Origin: Williopsis jadinii
Lineage: Eukaryota
Reading direction: 5' to 3'
NCBI GenBank assembly: GCA_024346625.1
Contig: AP024664.1
Span: forward strand, 3,348,001 to 3,412,000
DNA length: 64,000 nt
Shown here: positions 22,557-35,110 of the stretch, one piece after another
Layout: each line of letters starts with the position of its first letter
Position numbering within the stretch: the stretch's first letter is position 1
Position numbers and translations under genes: made by a program
The notes under the pieces: model-generated
Told to the model about the DNA's origin: nothing
What the model saw: only the letters and a program-made list of their open reading frames with translations
Databases searched by the model: none

Positions 22557-24176
22557 ATGTTTGCAAGATTCGCCTCCAAGAGACTGATCTCTACTACCGC
22601 TAGGGTGTTTCAAGAGAGCGCCTCAAAGGCTCAGTCCGCCAAGGCGGTCCCTGTGAAGAAGCCATCCTTCATCAGAAGAGCGGGCAAAATCGCATGGAGA
22701 ACCACATGGATCTCTACACTCCTGGCCACTGCCTACGTCTCTTATCAAATCTACGATGAGTCTAACCCAGGTAAGCAACAGCCTCAAGCCGCAACTCTGC
22801 CAAACGGTGCACCAAGAAAGACCGTTGTGATTCTGGGATCCGGCTGGGGTGCGGTCTCGTTGTTGAAGAGATTGGACACAACTGTGTATAACGTTGTGGT
22901 TGTCTCTCCAAGAAACTACTTTCTCTTCACTCCGTTGTTGCCATCTGCTCCAACCGGAACAGTTGAGCTGAGATCCATCATTGAGCCAATTAGATCCATC
23001 TGCAGAAGACTCACAGGCGAGGTTGTCTACCACGAGGCGGAGGCCACCGATGTTGACCCAAAGAAGAAGATTGTCTCTATCAAATCAGCTGATGGTGAGA
23101 CTAATGAAATCCACTACGATTATTTGGTGATGGCTGTTGGTGCTAAGCCAAACACTTTTGGAATTCCTGGTGTCTACGAGAATGCCTCCTTCTTGAAAGA
23201 GGTTCCAGATTCTCAAGAGATTAGACAGAAGATCTTGAAGAACATTGAACTCGCTGCATCTTTGCCAAAGGAGGACACAGAGAGAAAGAGATTGCTCTCA
23301 TTTGTTGTTGTCGGTGGTGGCCCAACAGGTGTTGAGTTTGCCGGTGAATTGCAAGATTTCGTTGACCAGGATTTGACTAAGTGGTACCCAGGTGTTGCAC
23401 AAGATATCACTGTGACTCTGGTTGAAGGTTTGCCAAACATCTTGAACATGTTTGACAAGGAATTGATCAAGTATGCTCAGGACACCTTTGAGGAGGAAAA
23501 AATTGCTTTGAGATTGAAGACAATGGTTAAGAAAGTTGATGGTAAGTTGATCACAGCAGCTATCAAGAAGGATGATGGTTCAACTGAGATTGAAGAGATT
23601 CCTTATGGTGTGTTGGTCTGGGCCACCGGTAACGGTGCTCGTGATGTCACTGTTAACTTGGCCAAGAAGTTGGATGGACAAACCTTTGCCAACCGTGGAT
23701 TGTTGATCGATGAGGAATACTTGAAAGTTCTTGGAGATGACTCCATCTTCGGTATCGGTGATTGTACACTGTCCAAGAAATTCGCACCAACGGCTCAAGT
23801 TGCATACCAAGAAGGTATCTACCTCGCTAAATTGTTGAAGAACTTGGCAGCCATCGATTCCTTGCGTTATGACCTTAACAAGTCCACTGAAACTGGTGAA
23901 AAGGCAAAGATTGTTTCCAAGATTGATAACTTGGCAAACTTTGCACCTTTCGAGTACGTCCATTTGGGTGCATTGGCCTACATTGGTTCTGAGCGTGCCA
24001 TTGCTGATTTGTCTTGGGGTAACTGGCACAAATTGTCCCTTGGTGGTTCCTTCACCTTTTTGTTCTGGAAAGTGTCCTACGTTGCGATGTGTCTCTCTTT
24101 CAGAAACAGATGTCTAGTCGTTATGGACTGGATCAAAACTGGTGTTTTCGGAAGAGATTCATCCAAGGAGGCCTAA
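22557..24176 (+). CDS. NDE1: External mitochondrial NADH dehydrogenase (type II)
   Basis: Presequence, [42 protein letters not shown] and FGRD motifs. Confidence 0.92.
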   Translation: MFARFASKRLISTTARVFQESASKAQSAKAVPVKKPSFIRRAGKIAWRTTWISTLLATAYVSYQIYDESNPGKQQPQAATLPNGAPRKTVVILGSGWGAVSLLKRLDTTVYNVVVVSPRNYFLFTPLLPSAPTGTVELRSIIEPIRSICRRLTGEVVYHEAEATDVDPKKKIVSIKSADGETNEIHYDYLVMAVGAKPNTFGIPGVYENASFLKEVPDSQEIRQKILKNIELAASLPKEDTERKRLLSFVVVGGGPTGVEFAGELQDFVDQDLTKWYPGVAQDITVTLVEGLPNILNMFDKELIKYAQDTFEEEKIALRLKTMVKKVDGKLITAAIKKDDGSTEIEEIPYGVLVWATGNGARDVTVNLAKKLDGQTFANRGLLIDEEYLKVLGDDSIFGIGDCTLSKKFAPTAQVAYQEGIYLAKLLKNLAAIDSLRYDLNKSTETGEKAKIVSKIDNLANFAPFEYVHLGALAYIGSERAIADLSWGNWHKLSLGGSFTFLFWKVSYVAMCLSFRNRCLVVMDWIKTGVFGRDSSKEA

Positions 24177-26313
24177 ATTGTCTTTCAGCCTCTTCTGAAG
24201 TATTGAGCACATGAACAATTGACCATATTTGTCGCTCAAATCACAGTCGATTGTTCTTGCTGTGTCTGCTTCGTTTTTTTCTTTTTATAGAGTGCTATAT
24301 TAGTATAGCTGCCGTGGTTTATCGAAATGGGAGCAATTTAATAGGTTCGTTTTATAGAGGCTCTGTTTTTAATATTCATGCGACAATCAGTTTTGTTTAC
24401 CCAATTGTAGTTGTTTATTTGTTTATTTGTTTACCTGTGTATGTGCTTACCCGAGTTACCTCGCGGCTCCCACACCGTAGGCACAGCAACGACGGTTGTA
24501 TATAGGTACGTGAGGCCGAACAAGTTAAGCCGTAAACTCAGTTATGGAGGCTCTTTACAACGTTGTCTATTTACAATTTGCCATTACTGGTGGGAGAACC
24601 ATTGAAATGGCATTTCTGAGTACGATATAGGTAGTCTTTATGTAGTACGTCGTCTGTGTGCATATGTGATGTTGAATATCGGTATCGGTTACTATGGACT
24701 CACCAGTGTTTTCAGGTTGAGCAACTTCTGCGTACAGGTTGTTAGCTGAAGATGAGCCAAATAGGGGTACGCTGGATTCCCCCAAGACCATAGCTACCAT
24801 ATGTTCTGAGGATGTAAAGTTACATTGGAAGTCTATCAAGATAAGATTCTGTTATTGTTAGCTGAGGAGCTGAGGAGCTGAGAAGGGGAAAAACAACCTG
24901 ACGTATATGACTGACCCAGGCCAGTCTGAGGCAACCGAGACGAGCCGTCTCGTAACTTCTCAGTTAATAACTTCCACTTACCGGCATTGAAACACCTCAC
25001 CTATTGTTCAATTGAGGCGACATACGTAATGGTGCTCGATGTTCAAGGCCCAGCATCGTCTGCGGAGACGGGAAAGAGCCTGCACACATAGTATCACACA
25101 CTGACATGCACATTGTAGACTCAATGGAGGAGCCACCACAACTGGAGACTACAACACACGAAGCCAAAAAGCACTCAACTGCTCCTTTGTTTCTTCTATC
25201 TTCCATCTTTTTCCATGATCCTAAAAACCCGCTCTATCCAGGAAGACCCACGACTGCATGCTGCATAACCACGGCTTTCATGCTCCACGTTAAATGTATA
25301 CACTTTCCGGTTTCAGAAGAACTCCCCAATCCAGTAATATTAAGACTGCAGTGCAGTTGTTGCATCACGGGCCTTGCCGTATGGCCCGTATTGCATCCCT
25401 CGTCGTGTTGAAGAGCCATGTTGTAGAAGTCTGGCCGAAAGCGCCTTAGAGAAATGCAAAGAGGTTCAAAACCACACACACGCATGCGATTGTGCCCCTA
25501 CCAATAAAATTTCTTATGCATTTTGTGTCAAAGAGCTCAACCTGTTTTTTTCTGCTTTTTGGGGCCATCACGTTGGGAAATGCTCGCGGGGATCACGGAT
25601 TGCAACGCTGCTCAGCAAGATCCGATAACTTATGAGATGCCCTTTGCTATACGATCAGCGTAGATCAAACAGGCTGCAATTGACGATCTGTGACCACTGT
25701 CGTCCGTAAAGCGATACAGCATTCAATTGGTTGGCCATGTCGATTGGGGGGGGGAGTAGAACTGTCGTTAACGCAAGCTATAAATCCTTCATTTAGTTTG
25801 GAACGAAGGGCTCTGCCTAGCGCTCACGAGCTCTGTTCACGAGCTCCGTTCACCGGAGCGCCCAATCTCTTCCGTCCAGACGGAAAAGGGAGACGAAGGG
25901 AAAAAGCTGAAGCGCATGGCGCAGCCGAACGAAGCGCTGTTTTTCCAAGGGGCAACAAAATAGCGATTTTTCGCTATTACTGTGCGTCAGGGTGTCATAG
26001 ACGTATGTAATCCCGCTAATTATCGTTTATTGTGTTGTATGCGTTCCTGGTAAATGGGTATTCTTACGGATTTGGGTAAAATACATACAGGTGACTCTCC
26101 ATTCTCTAAAATGCCTCTGAGGTAAAGTCGATGACATGACCGCTCTTCCCGGTTGTTGAAAAACAGCAGTCTCTTCAAAACTATATAAGGAGCCTCGGGA
26201 ACCTCTCTTTCGTCCTCGCTTTTCACTGTTTGATGTTTCTCCTACATCCCTTATTACTCTAGTAACACTAAGAGAAATTAGTCCTTTTTCAACAACATAG
26301 GAAAAGAAAAGAT

Positions 26314-27252
26314 ATGCCTTCAATCAACGAAATCCAACTAATAAAACGGGGAGGTAACCAAGCTATCGAGATCAACCCTCCAACTGGCGTTGACTTCCAT
26401 TTGACTTCAAGTGGTTCGGATTGGCTTTGGGCAGCCTTCTGTGTTTTCATACTCTACTCTCTGATCATGCACGTCTTGATGTTTAGAAAGCCAGTCAAGG
26501 AGAGAATCTTCTACTACACTTCTGTGGTGCCAGCATGGATCATGGCTATTGGCTATTTCACATGGGCATCTAACTTGGGTTGGACTCCAATCCAGGCTGA
26601 GTTTAACCACGTTACTGTTGATGACCAAGAAACTCACCCAGGTTATAGACAGATTTTCTACGCGAAATTTATCGCTTGGTTCCTGGCTTTCCCATTCCAC
26701 ACAATTGCCTTGGGTCTTTTGTCCAACACACCTGGCGTCCAGACCGCGTACAACATCTTCTTCACTGATATCTCAATTCTGGGTTATCTGTTTGGTTCTT
26801 TGGTCAAGTCAACTTACAAATGGGGTTATTTCACCTTTGCTGTTGCTTCCACCATTGCCACTGCAATTAACTTGTTCACAACGTCTAGAAGATCAGCTTT
26901 GGAAGTTGGTAGAGACTGTCACTTCTATTTCACTCTTTACGCTTCTGGGTTTGTCTTTATTTGGTTGGTTTACCCAATTGCTTGGGCCCTTGCCGATGGT
27001 GGTAACGTTATTCAACCAGATTCCGATGCTGTCTTCTACGGTGTCCTAGATGTGATCACTTTCGTGTTCATTCCAGCCGTCTTCTTCTTCTTCATTTACG
27101 ATTTCAACCTGGAACGTATTGGTCTGAACAAGCCAGAGTTCCAATTTGTTGCAAACAAGGAGCTATCCACAGTTTCTGGTAGAACTTCTGGTGAGACAGT
27201 ACAACATTCTGCAAGTACTACGCCAGCTCCAGCACCAGCTGCTAGCCCATAA
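26314..27252 (+). CDS. Opsin-related 7-TM protein, HSP30/YRO2/MRH1 family (copy 1)
   Basis: KRGGNQAIEINPP, GSDWLWA, SNLGWTPIQAEF, STYKWGYF and GGNVIQPDS motifs. Confidence 0.92.
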   Translation: MPSINEIQLIKRGGNQAIEINPPTGVDFHLTSSGSDWLWAAFCVFILYSLIMHVLMFRKPVKERIFYYTSVVPAWIMAIGYFTWASNLGWTPIQAEFNHVTVDDQETHPGYRQIFYAKFIAWFLAFPFHTIALGLLSNTPGVQTAYNIFFTDISILGYLFGSLVKSTYKWGYFTFAVASTIATAINLFTTSRRSALEVGRDCHFYFTLYASGFVFIWLVYPIAWALADGGNVIQPDSDAVFYGVLDVITFVFIPAVFFFFIYDFNLERIGLNKPEFQFVANKELSTVSGRTSGETVQHSASTTPAPAPAASP

Positions 27253-30200
27253 ATTTGATACGCTTTACGTTTACGCTCTATGGTTACGCTGTCAGTAATT
27301 AAGCTGCCGCTGATGTATCTTTGATGATTTGAATACATTGACCTTTGAACAACAAAGATGGGAGTATTTTATATCACTTTTAACTTAATTTTTAATTAAT
27401 ACATACCCAATTCTGATTAGATCATATTATTCTCTAGAGCTAATAGACTACGGTCCACTCTGTAATCTTCACTAAGCGAGAGGACACCCCTGTTGTGTTC
27501 AGTGGTTTATAGATTGTTTTGAATTTACTCTAGAAAGCGCGCATTGACTATTTACATATGCGCGCATGAGGCTGCATGATGTGTCGGTGTTTAAAAAGTT
27601 TTGACACTTTTTCAATTTCGAAATTCCCCGTAGCGGTGATATTTGAGCAATGAATTATAGACCCCTAAGTCCATCGGACATTGGTAGCTGAGCAGCTGTT
27701 CCACTGTATCCGTTGGTCTGTATGGACACGTTTGAATTTTGGGTAGGCGGTGTTTTTACGAGCAGACGTAAGCGAACCAAGAAGATCTCTCATACGCGTC
27801 CTCTTTCATGTTCTCCTTTTCATTGGCGAAAGAAGAGTTGGGATATGACTGTTTAAAGCACCAATTACAAGCATTTACCTACTATCATACATACCTTCTA
27901 GTTTACGTCGCGGTATAAATCGCTCTTGAACTCCGGGACCAGTTAGTGAGCCTACTCCTACAACCATCATGGCATTTTCGTGACATTTGATATGTTCTGT
28001 CAAGTTCAACATGTTAAACAGGGCGACTATCATCTATGATTTCAGCAGAGCAAGTATTAGGAGTAAGTACTGAAAGGGAACCCCTAGTGGACTATATCTA
28101 AGAAGGTATGGTGCCACTATTGACAACGTATCCAGCATACATCTGTCACAGAGGTCTCCTCTTATGCCTCACAGTACTTCCTCATATAATCAGCATCCGT
28201 CGTTACCCTTACAGGCTCAACAATGGAACATCAGATCAATGATTTTGTACTTCCTGACAGGATTTATACCTCCTGTTATGAGAAAAGATCATGCCATGAT
28301 ATACTATGAGATACTCTGCTAGGTTTATTACTTACAGATAAATTGAGTGATTTTCTTGAACCCGAAACGGTAATTATATCATCAAGCTCAAGAAGCCAGA
28401 CCCATGTTTACGGAGTCTGGCCGTTAAAGCCTTACCGTGTTCTCAACCAATTAAAAGACAATACAGAGGTCTGTAAGGTATAACTGCGACAACAGGCCTT
28501 TTGAATGTAGGTGTGATGTAATTTGGTCTGTTGTGGGCTCACTCGAGCCGTGATATGTTATTATGGTTTCCAGGACGGGGGTGTCCAACAACTATCCATT
28601 TTCTGCTTTGCCGAAAGATGCTGCTGCCAACTACGTCTTTTCCCATTGTGAATCCTGTGAACTACAGGCTATATGGCGCATTTACACCTCGTAGTTTGTA
28701 GTATTAGCTACTCTGGGCTCATGTTGCCTTGACCTGTATATGCAATGAGTTGTTCATTGATCGTACGGTTATTATTTCCACACATCCTGGAAACGAATGA
28801 TTTCGCATACCAAACTTTGAACTCTTTTGGCACTTTCCAACTGTAGCTCAATCTGAACAATGGTGTGACCTGTGTGTAATTTCTGCTCAAAGGTTCGATT
28901 TCTTACACTTCGTGCCATGGTGGTGCGGTTTTCCCGAAGTCTAACGCCGGTTCGGCTTAACTCCCCACCAAAGTACTGTCGGGCATTGACCACGAGCACT
29001 CAAACTGTTCGCTACTGGATGAAACATACACCTGAGACTGAGCTGTTGTATACTGAACAACCAGACACACTAAGCACTCAATGCTGCCTAGTGAACTACC
29101 ACTGTGCTCGCCCAAACTAAACAGGTTTTTTTTTTTCATTGCCCGGGTGCAAAATTGCATCGGTACCTTTCTGTGCAAATCTGGGCTGTTTTCCCCAGGT
29201 TTGGATTTTCAAGGTTGTGGTTTTGCTGGGGATTTTCCTCCTCACAAAGGCCCATCGACGCCTTGGCTCTCCCGCTTGCCGACATTCCCGTATGTTAGTT
29301 TGGCACCAAAATTGTTTTCCTTAGTACGTGTGCCTGCAATGAAAGTTATTTGAGGGCATAAGGTCTTGCTCACTGCGTAGAAGTCACGGAGGATGGGTTC
29401 CATGAACTGACCATTTCACAGTGTGCGTGAAAAAAAAAGTACGACATCTCTGATCATGGGGCATCTCACGTCGAGACTGTGCGGTTTTGGCCGACATTGA
29501 GAGACGACGTGGTAAAAATCGCTCTTGCGGGCCTCAGAGCGAGTTTCTCCTTCTACATGCTCAGTTTCACCCCCATCGGGTGGCCTTTTCGTATCTGGGA
29601 GAGGTCGGTTCAGTTGTTTGTTTACTAAGGCTATACCCACTTACGTCTCAAAAGAGGTATCTTCCCAAGATAGGAAATATGATACACATACGGTTGTAGT
29701 TGCAACAACAAACCAAAGTCCAACCACACGTAGGGCTTTCGTGTGTGGGAGCCGTCGAAAATTTTTCACAACAATACGGTCCTCCACTGCGAGCTTTCCG
29801 TAAACTGGCCCATGGCCCCATTGATGAGCTGTTGTGTTCTTCGCTTGACTGGCACCACTTTCTAGCATTGCAATTCTCGCGTGATTCTTCCTGTCAGAAG
29901 GGTGCTGACTCTACGTGTCCCTGCTGTACATTCCCTCTAGCCGGCTGACGCTGGTAGGCTGTTCTTTTTCCTTTACCCGGTTTGATATGTTGAATATGCA
30001 CTGTTTATGTATGCGGCATGCATGCGAGGTATATGGACCCATCGATAATTATTCTAGAGTATGAGGGAAAGAGCGATTTCTACGTCCCCAGCATCAAAAG
30101 CACGTTGTTTTTTTGGAGAGCCTGGGAAGTGTTTGTTGGTGTGGGTGAAGACTGGAGTTTGGGGCTCGAGAGGGTTAGTCGGTTATCCGTTCCATAGACC

Positions 30201-30310
30201 GACGTGGTATATAAATGAGCCCAGTTTCCCGGTTTCATGGCAATTGTGAGCAGTGGTAGTCTCGTTCTCATCAACGGATATCAAAGAAAATCATATTCAA
30301 ACAATTAACA

Positions 30311-31252
30311 ATGTCTAGTTACTACACTAATCTCGACTTGGCCAAGCGTGGAAACGAGGCCTTGTCCATCAACGCTCCAACTGGTGCTGACTTCCACATC
30401 ACCACCAATGGTTCTGACTGGCTTTGGGCTGCTTTCTGTTGTTTTGCAACCTATGCTCTTGTGATGCACATCTTCATGTTTAAGCAACCACTTAGACAGA
30501 GATACTTCTTCTACACAGCTGTTGTTCCAGCTTGGATTATGACAGTTGCTTACTTTACTTGGGCTTCTGATTTGGGTTGGGCCCCAGTTCGTGCTGAGTT
30601 TAACCATGTTACTGTTGATGACCAAGAGACTACTCCAGGTTACAGACAGGTCTTTTACTTGAAGTCCATCAACTGGTTCCTGTGTTTCCCATTCCACACA
30701 TTGACTCTCGGTTTGTTTGCTAACCTTCCACGTCCACAAATCTCATATAACATGTTCTTGACTGGTCTTTTCGTCATTGCATTCCTTGCCGGTTCTGTCG
30801 TCCACTCCACCTACAAATGGGGTTACTTCACCGTTGGTGTTGTTGCTATCTTCTTGACCTTGATCAACTTGTGGTGCTCAAGAAAGAACGCTCTTACCAT
30901 CGGTAAGGACTGTGGCTACATTTACACCCTCTACCTCGCTTGTTTCGGTTTCATGTGGTTGATCTACCCAATTGCATGGGCTCTTTCTGAAGGTGGTAAC
31001 GTCATCCAACCAGATTCTGAAGCTGTCTTCTGCGGTGTCTTGGATATCATTACTTTCATCATCATTCCAGGTGCCTTCTTCTTCTTCACCCACGACTTCG
31101 ACTTGAAGCGTATCAACCTTGGTGAGAAGCCAGACATTGAGGCCATCATTAACAAGGAGTTGAGTAACTCTTCATTGAGAGCTTCTGGTGAAACCGCCTT
31201 CGGTTCTCAAGCTATCTCAACACCACCGGCCGAAGCTGCTGAGACTGCTTAA
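30311..31252 (+). CDS. Opsin-related 7-TM protein, HSP30/YRO2/MRH1 family (copy 2)
   Basis: Same motifs, collinear with the 26314-27252 protein. Confidence 0.92.
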   Translation: MSSYYTNLDLAKRGNEALSINAPTGADFHITTNGSDWLWAAFCCFATYALVMHIFMFKQPLRQRYFFYTAVVPAWIMTVAYFTWASDLGWAPVRAEFNHVTVDDQETTPGYRQVFYLKSINWFLCFPFHTLTLGLFANLPRPQISYNMFLTGLFVIAFLAGSVVHSTYKWGYFTVGVVAIFLTLINLWCSRKNALTIGKDCGYIYTLYLACFGFMWLIYPIAWALSEGGNVIQPDSEAVFCGVLDIITFIIIPGAFFFFTHDFDLKRINLGEKPDIEAIINKELSNSSLRASGETAFGSQAISTPPAEAAETA

Positions 31253-31432
31253 GGCAAACATGGTTCTAGATATACCTCGGTGACTTGACAAAGTCAGGTC
31301 AACCCATTTAGCGATGTCCATTTGTTTTGTTCTGGAATCGCATAATCTTTTAATGCCAATTAATCTCGATACATAGATCTTTTATGACTGAACGTTTTTA
31401 ACGTATACTTGAAAACCAGTACTTTTGTAGGA

Positions 31433-32900
31433 TCAAATAGTAATTACAGAGCTTTCAGGTGTCAATGAATGGCTACAGCTGTTCTTCGGAAGTGGCTCTA
31501 TTTTATCTCTCTTTGTCACTGTATTGTGAATACCAAATCTGTGCTGTAGGAATGAGCCCAAACACCTCGAGGCAAAGCGTAAAGAGGAAACCGTACTGGA
31601 AGCAACATCACTTTGGTCAAATATAAACATTGGAATTGATACCTGAGTTGATATATGGCTCAGTATTTGTACTGACAACTACATCTTCAAATGGTTGTTG
31701 GAAAACATTGTATTTCTCCAAGCGAAGATCTTTGGCTGACTGAAGGAAAGTAGGATACTCCGTGCGAAGTAAGGGAACTAATAGAAACGTCTAATATGTT
31801 GCAGATTGTTAACAGTGAATATGAGAAAATTACCATCAAGAGCATCCAGGTTAAGAAGAAAGACTTGAAACAGCCTCTTGTACAATAATTAGCATAGAGG
31901 TAGAGACATGTCAGAGCTTTTCCAACACTGTTGATTAGTTTTGGACAAGTGTTCTAGTAGTGTGAGTCCAAAGCGCAATCAGGTCTCATCAACAATTGAA
32001 ATGCTTGTGAATCACTCCATTGACTGGAATTGCTGAAACAGAGGAATAGCACTGGAACCATGTGAATGCTCCATGTGTCGAAGAAAGATCTGATCTTTTT
32101 CCATGTATATTTCCCACCGATGTTTAGTTAGGCTCCTATACCACGACGTCCCTCAAGGGCAATCAGCATGTCTGCTTTACTGGAATACAATCCTGTGGTG
32201 GTGGAATGGGCATTAGGACAGCAAACTGAGTGTAAACACAGCAACAGAAACAATCATAACAGCATCGATAACAACCATCCAATGGAATGACTCCATATAG
32301 TTTTGAGCCCACTCACATTGAAGATTTGTCTCTTAAAGTGGACCAGAACTAAGGGTAGCTGCCGTTTCTAAACAGACGGATAGAGTAGAACATTTGGTAA
32401 GTCCTTCTTTTGAGTACGAGGACCGAATCAAGTTTCCCATTCCAGGGAGAGAAACCGGCTTGTGAGGCTCCAAGGAGAAAATGAGCTGTATACAGCCAGT
32501 TCAGAGATTCTGGAGATACCAATATTACAGTAAAAAAAGCCTCACTAAATCTAATGTATCTCAGTAATAACGAGCAGATATTCCGTCTAGAGTCAAACAA
32601 GAAGGGGTTGGACCAATGACATGACTGAAAGTCCATAAGGTCGCCAAAAGGTTGTGGATGTTTCGTTTCATATCATAGAATTCACTCATAGCATTAGCCT
32701 ACGTAGTGCCGATGTTGTTTAATTCAAGCTCTTGATAAAATATCCCCAGCAAGCAGAGCTCATGAGAAACCAGTTGAGTCTGAGTAGGAACTCCCTTTCA
32801 TTTGTAAGCTCGTCAAAAGAATGCCAATTGGGTACCTTGGTCTTATATGACCAGTGTTGTATTCTTCAGGGCTCTTCTATCTCTTCCACAGAGTGATCGA
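31433..32900 (-). pseudogene. Decayed anion:cation symporter (SEO1/FEN2/VHT1-like MFS) pseudogene, paralog of 54366-55940; ends approximate
   Basis: Minus strand reads [46 protein letters not shown] versus [47 protein letters not shown] in the intact gene; further collinear blocks are broken by stops and frameshifts. Confidence 0.9.
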
Positions 32901-35110
32901 TGACTCTGAGTTCTCCAATGCAATTTCATTGATAACAACCATACTTTCTTTCTCATCAGAAAAGACAGAGCCTAGATGAAATCGTAGTTTCTTCGCTATT
33001 CGGATTCCACAACGTGGTTATTTGATTGTATCAAGAGACCTACACCTACATTGCTCTGAGCACCACAAGATAAGGAGATATCTATTTATATACGAAAAAA
33101 CCAGTATTATGTTTTTATAACGCTTAGACGAAATACTAACATTCTTCAGTCTGATATTCAGCTGATATTTACTTTGAACGCCGTCCAAGTGCTGTACAGT
33201 CTTCTCGTAGGTGATGCTAGAGCCATCAACAGTGTATGCTTAAACGGTTTCACGAGCATTGCATCCATGGCTCTTCAAAAAGCTGTGTAACAGATATATA
33301 CATATATCCATGGTCAAATCTATTGAATCCAGCGAGAAAGAGCCCTACCACTAAATGATTTGATGGAATTTACAACAACTTTTTGATCGAAAGATCTTAA
33401 TCTACCGGAGAGAAATGATTCATACTACAACTCCAATCTAAAGATTTAAACCCAGATCAAACCACGGCTTATGAGAGGTTTCCACTGACAACCATCACTT
33501 TGTTAAACTATCTTACAGCTTTTCAAACAATCTTATGGCTAGGTCTTGTAACTTGACGCACATTTTCTCCACAGGTTATCCGGGCAGATGATAGTGAAGG
33601 ATATTACCTTAAGAGCCCAGATTCCCAGACAAAGTCCAAGGAACTCACTCATCCCTACTGAAGAACAAAATAAATAACATCAAGAACCTCAAACAACAAC
33701 ACCCTCAAACTTTCTACAATTGAAACAGCCTTTAGCAAGCACGATGGCTAACAGCAGCGATGCTTAATAGATAATTAGCCAGAGTTTAGCATCAACCTGC
33801 TCTTGCGTCAGTTATGCAAGCATAGCTGTTTCCTTGCATAAGACATAAAGGCTTCATAGACATTTTGATATTCCTGTTTTAATTCGACTCTATAACAAGA
33901 AGATGAGTAATTTCTACCATTTGCATACATATTTATGATAACAACTCTGTCTATTCGTCCCAGACGTTTGTTTCGTAACAGTCGTTGTGTACTTTCTTGG
34001 TTCCTCTCATTTTGGACAGTCTTAAAACCCGGGTGTTTACATGTAGATCGTAGTTATGGTCCATGTAGTACTTTGCCGGGACGTGACTAATCTTACAGAG
34101 AACAGATGTATAAATACCAGTAGAAAGAAGTGTCCTGTTAACACAAGTTTGGACTTCTGCTCCAAATAGAGCCCCGTGTGCCTCGAAGTGAACTCCAGAC
34201 TCCACTTGAACACCTCGTGATTCGAGATGCTCACCGGAAATGTCGCCAACATATGGGAATTTGGAAGAATACGTGTTAGCCGAGATTACGAGCCAATTAC
34301 GCATAGTTATGAGAGCGCACAAGCGTATATCTGAACATCCAATTGGCTGGTGTAGCTCCTCAGTACTCTCAGTTCTGTAGACCCTCTTGAAGGTACCCCC
34401 TACTTCCAGAGCCGACAACCTGCTAATTAACAGCCTGCGCCAACGGTTACTGAAACCACAGTTAACCACAACATGATTGGCTCTGAGCCCTGTACGTGCA
34501 CATCACCACCTTCAGCCGGTTGTCCGCTTTAACCAGAAACTACAACCCTCCGTACCGGACTCCAACTCCAAGCTCGAAACACCTCTATATGGTGGGGGTT
34601 CGCATAACCCTCAGATGCCTCGACATGGCTTCCCAGATTAACAGCTCAGCAGGGAAAGCCACAGCACTAAGTCAACCAAACCAATCGCTCTCTTCTAAAT
34701 GAATCATGATTCACTGTACCCCACAATCACCACGCTGTCCAACGTCTCAAGAGCTGACCACTGGCCCGGTAACGTGCCCAATCACAGCTTCCTTCGCCCA
34801 TTGAAAGCACACCGCCTTTGCTTAACTATGTCGGTCTTTAGCGTGCGCCCCCATGACCCCCACGCTTTTTGCGCTCCCCGTTTTAATCTCGCCAGCAAAG
34901 TGTCAATTCAACCGGTTGCATGCTCTCTATCTGGGGAATAATAGAGACTTCTTATGTATCACTGATCAATTGTTCTCGAGGAGAGAAAGGAAAAAATTTT
35001 TGGGGGTTTTTTCCACTGTTGATACCTTTCTTCAATACAAAGGTGAAGGATAATCTTTCTTGATATTAGGATCAATTGAGCTTGCTACAACTGAGTTCCA
35101 ACCACCACAA

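Noticed and set aside
33000..35050. 172-aa ORF at 33951-34469 and other fragments
   Set aside because: Non-ATG or weak starts and no recognisable motifs or codon bias; a relic cannot be excluded without BLASTX
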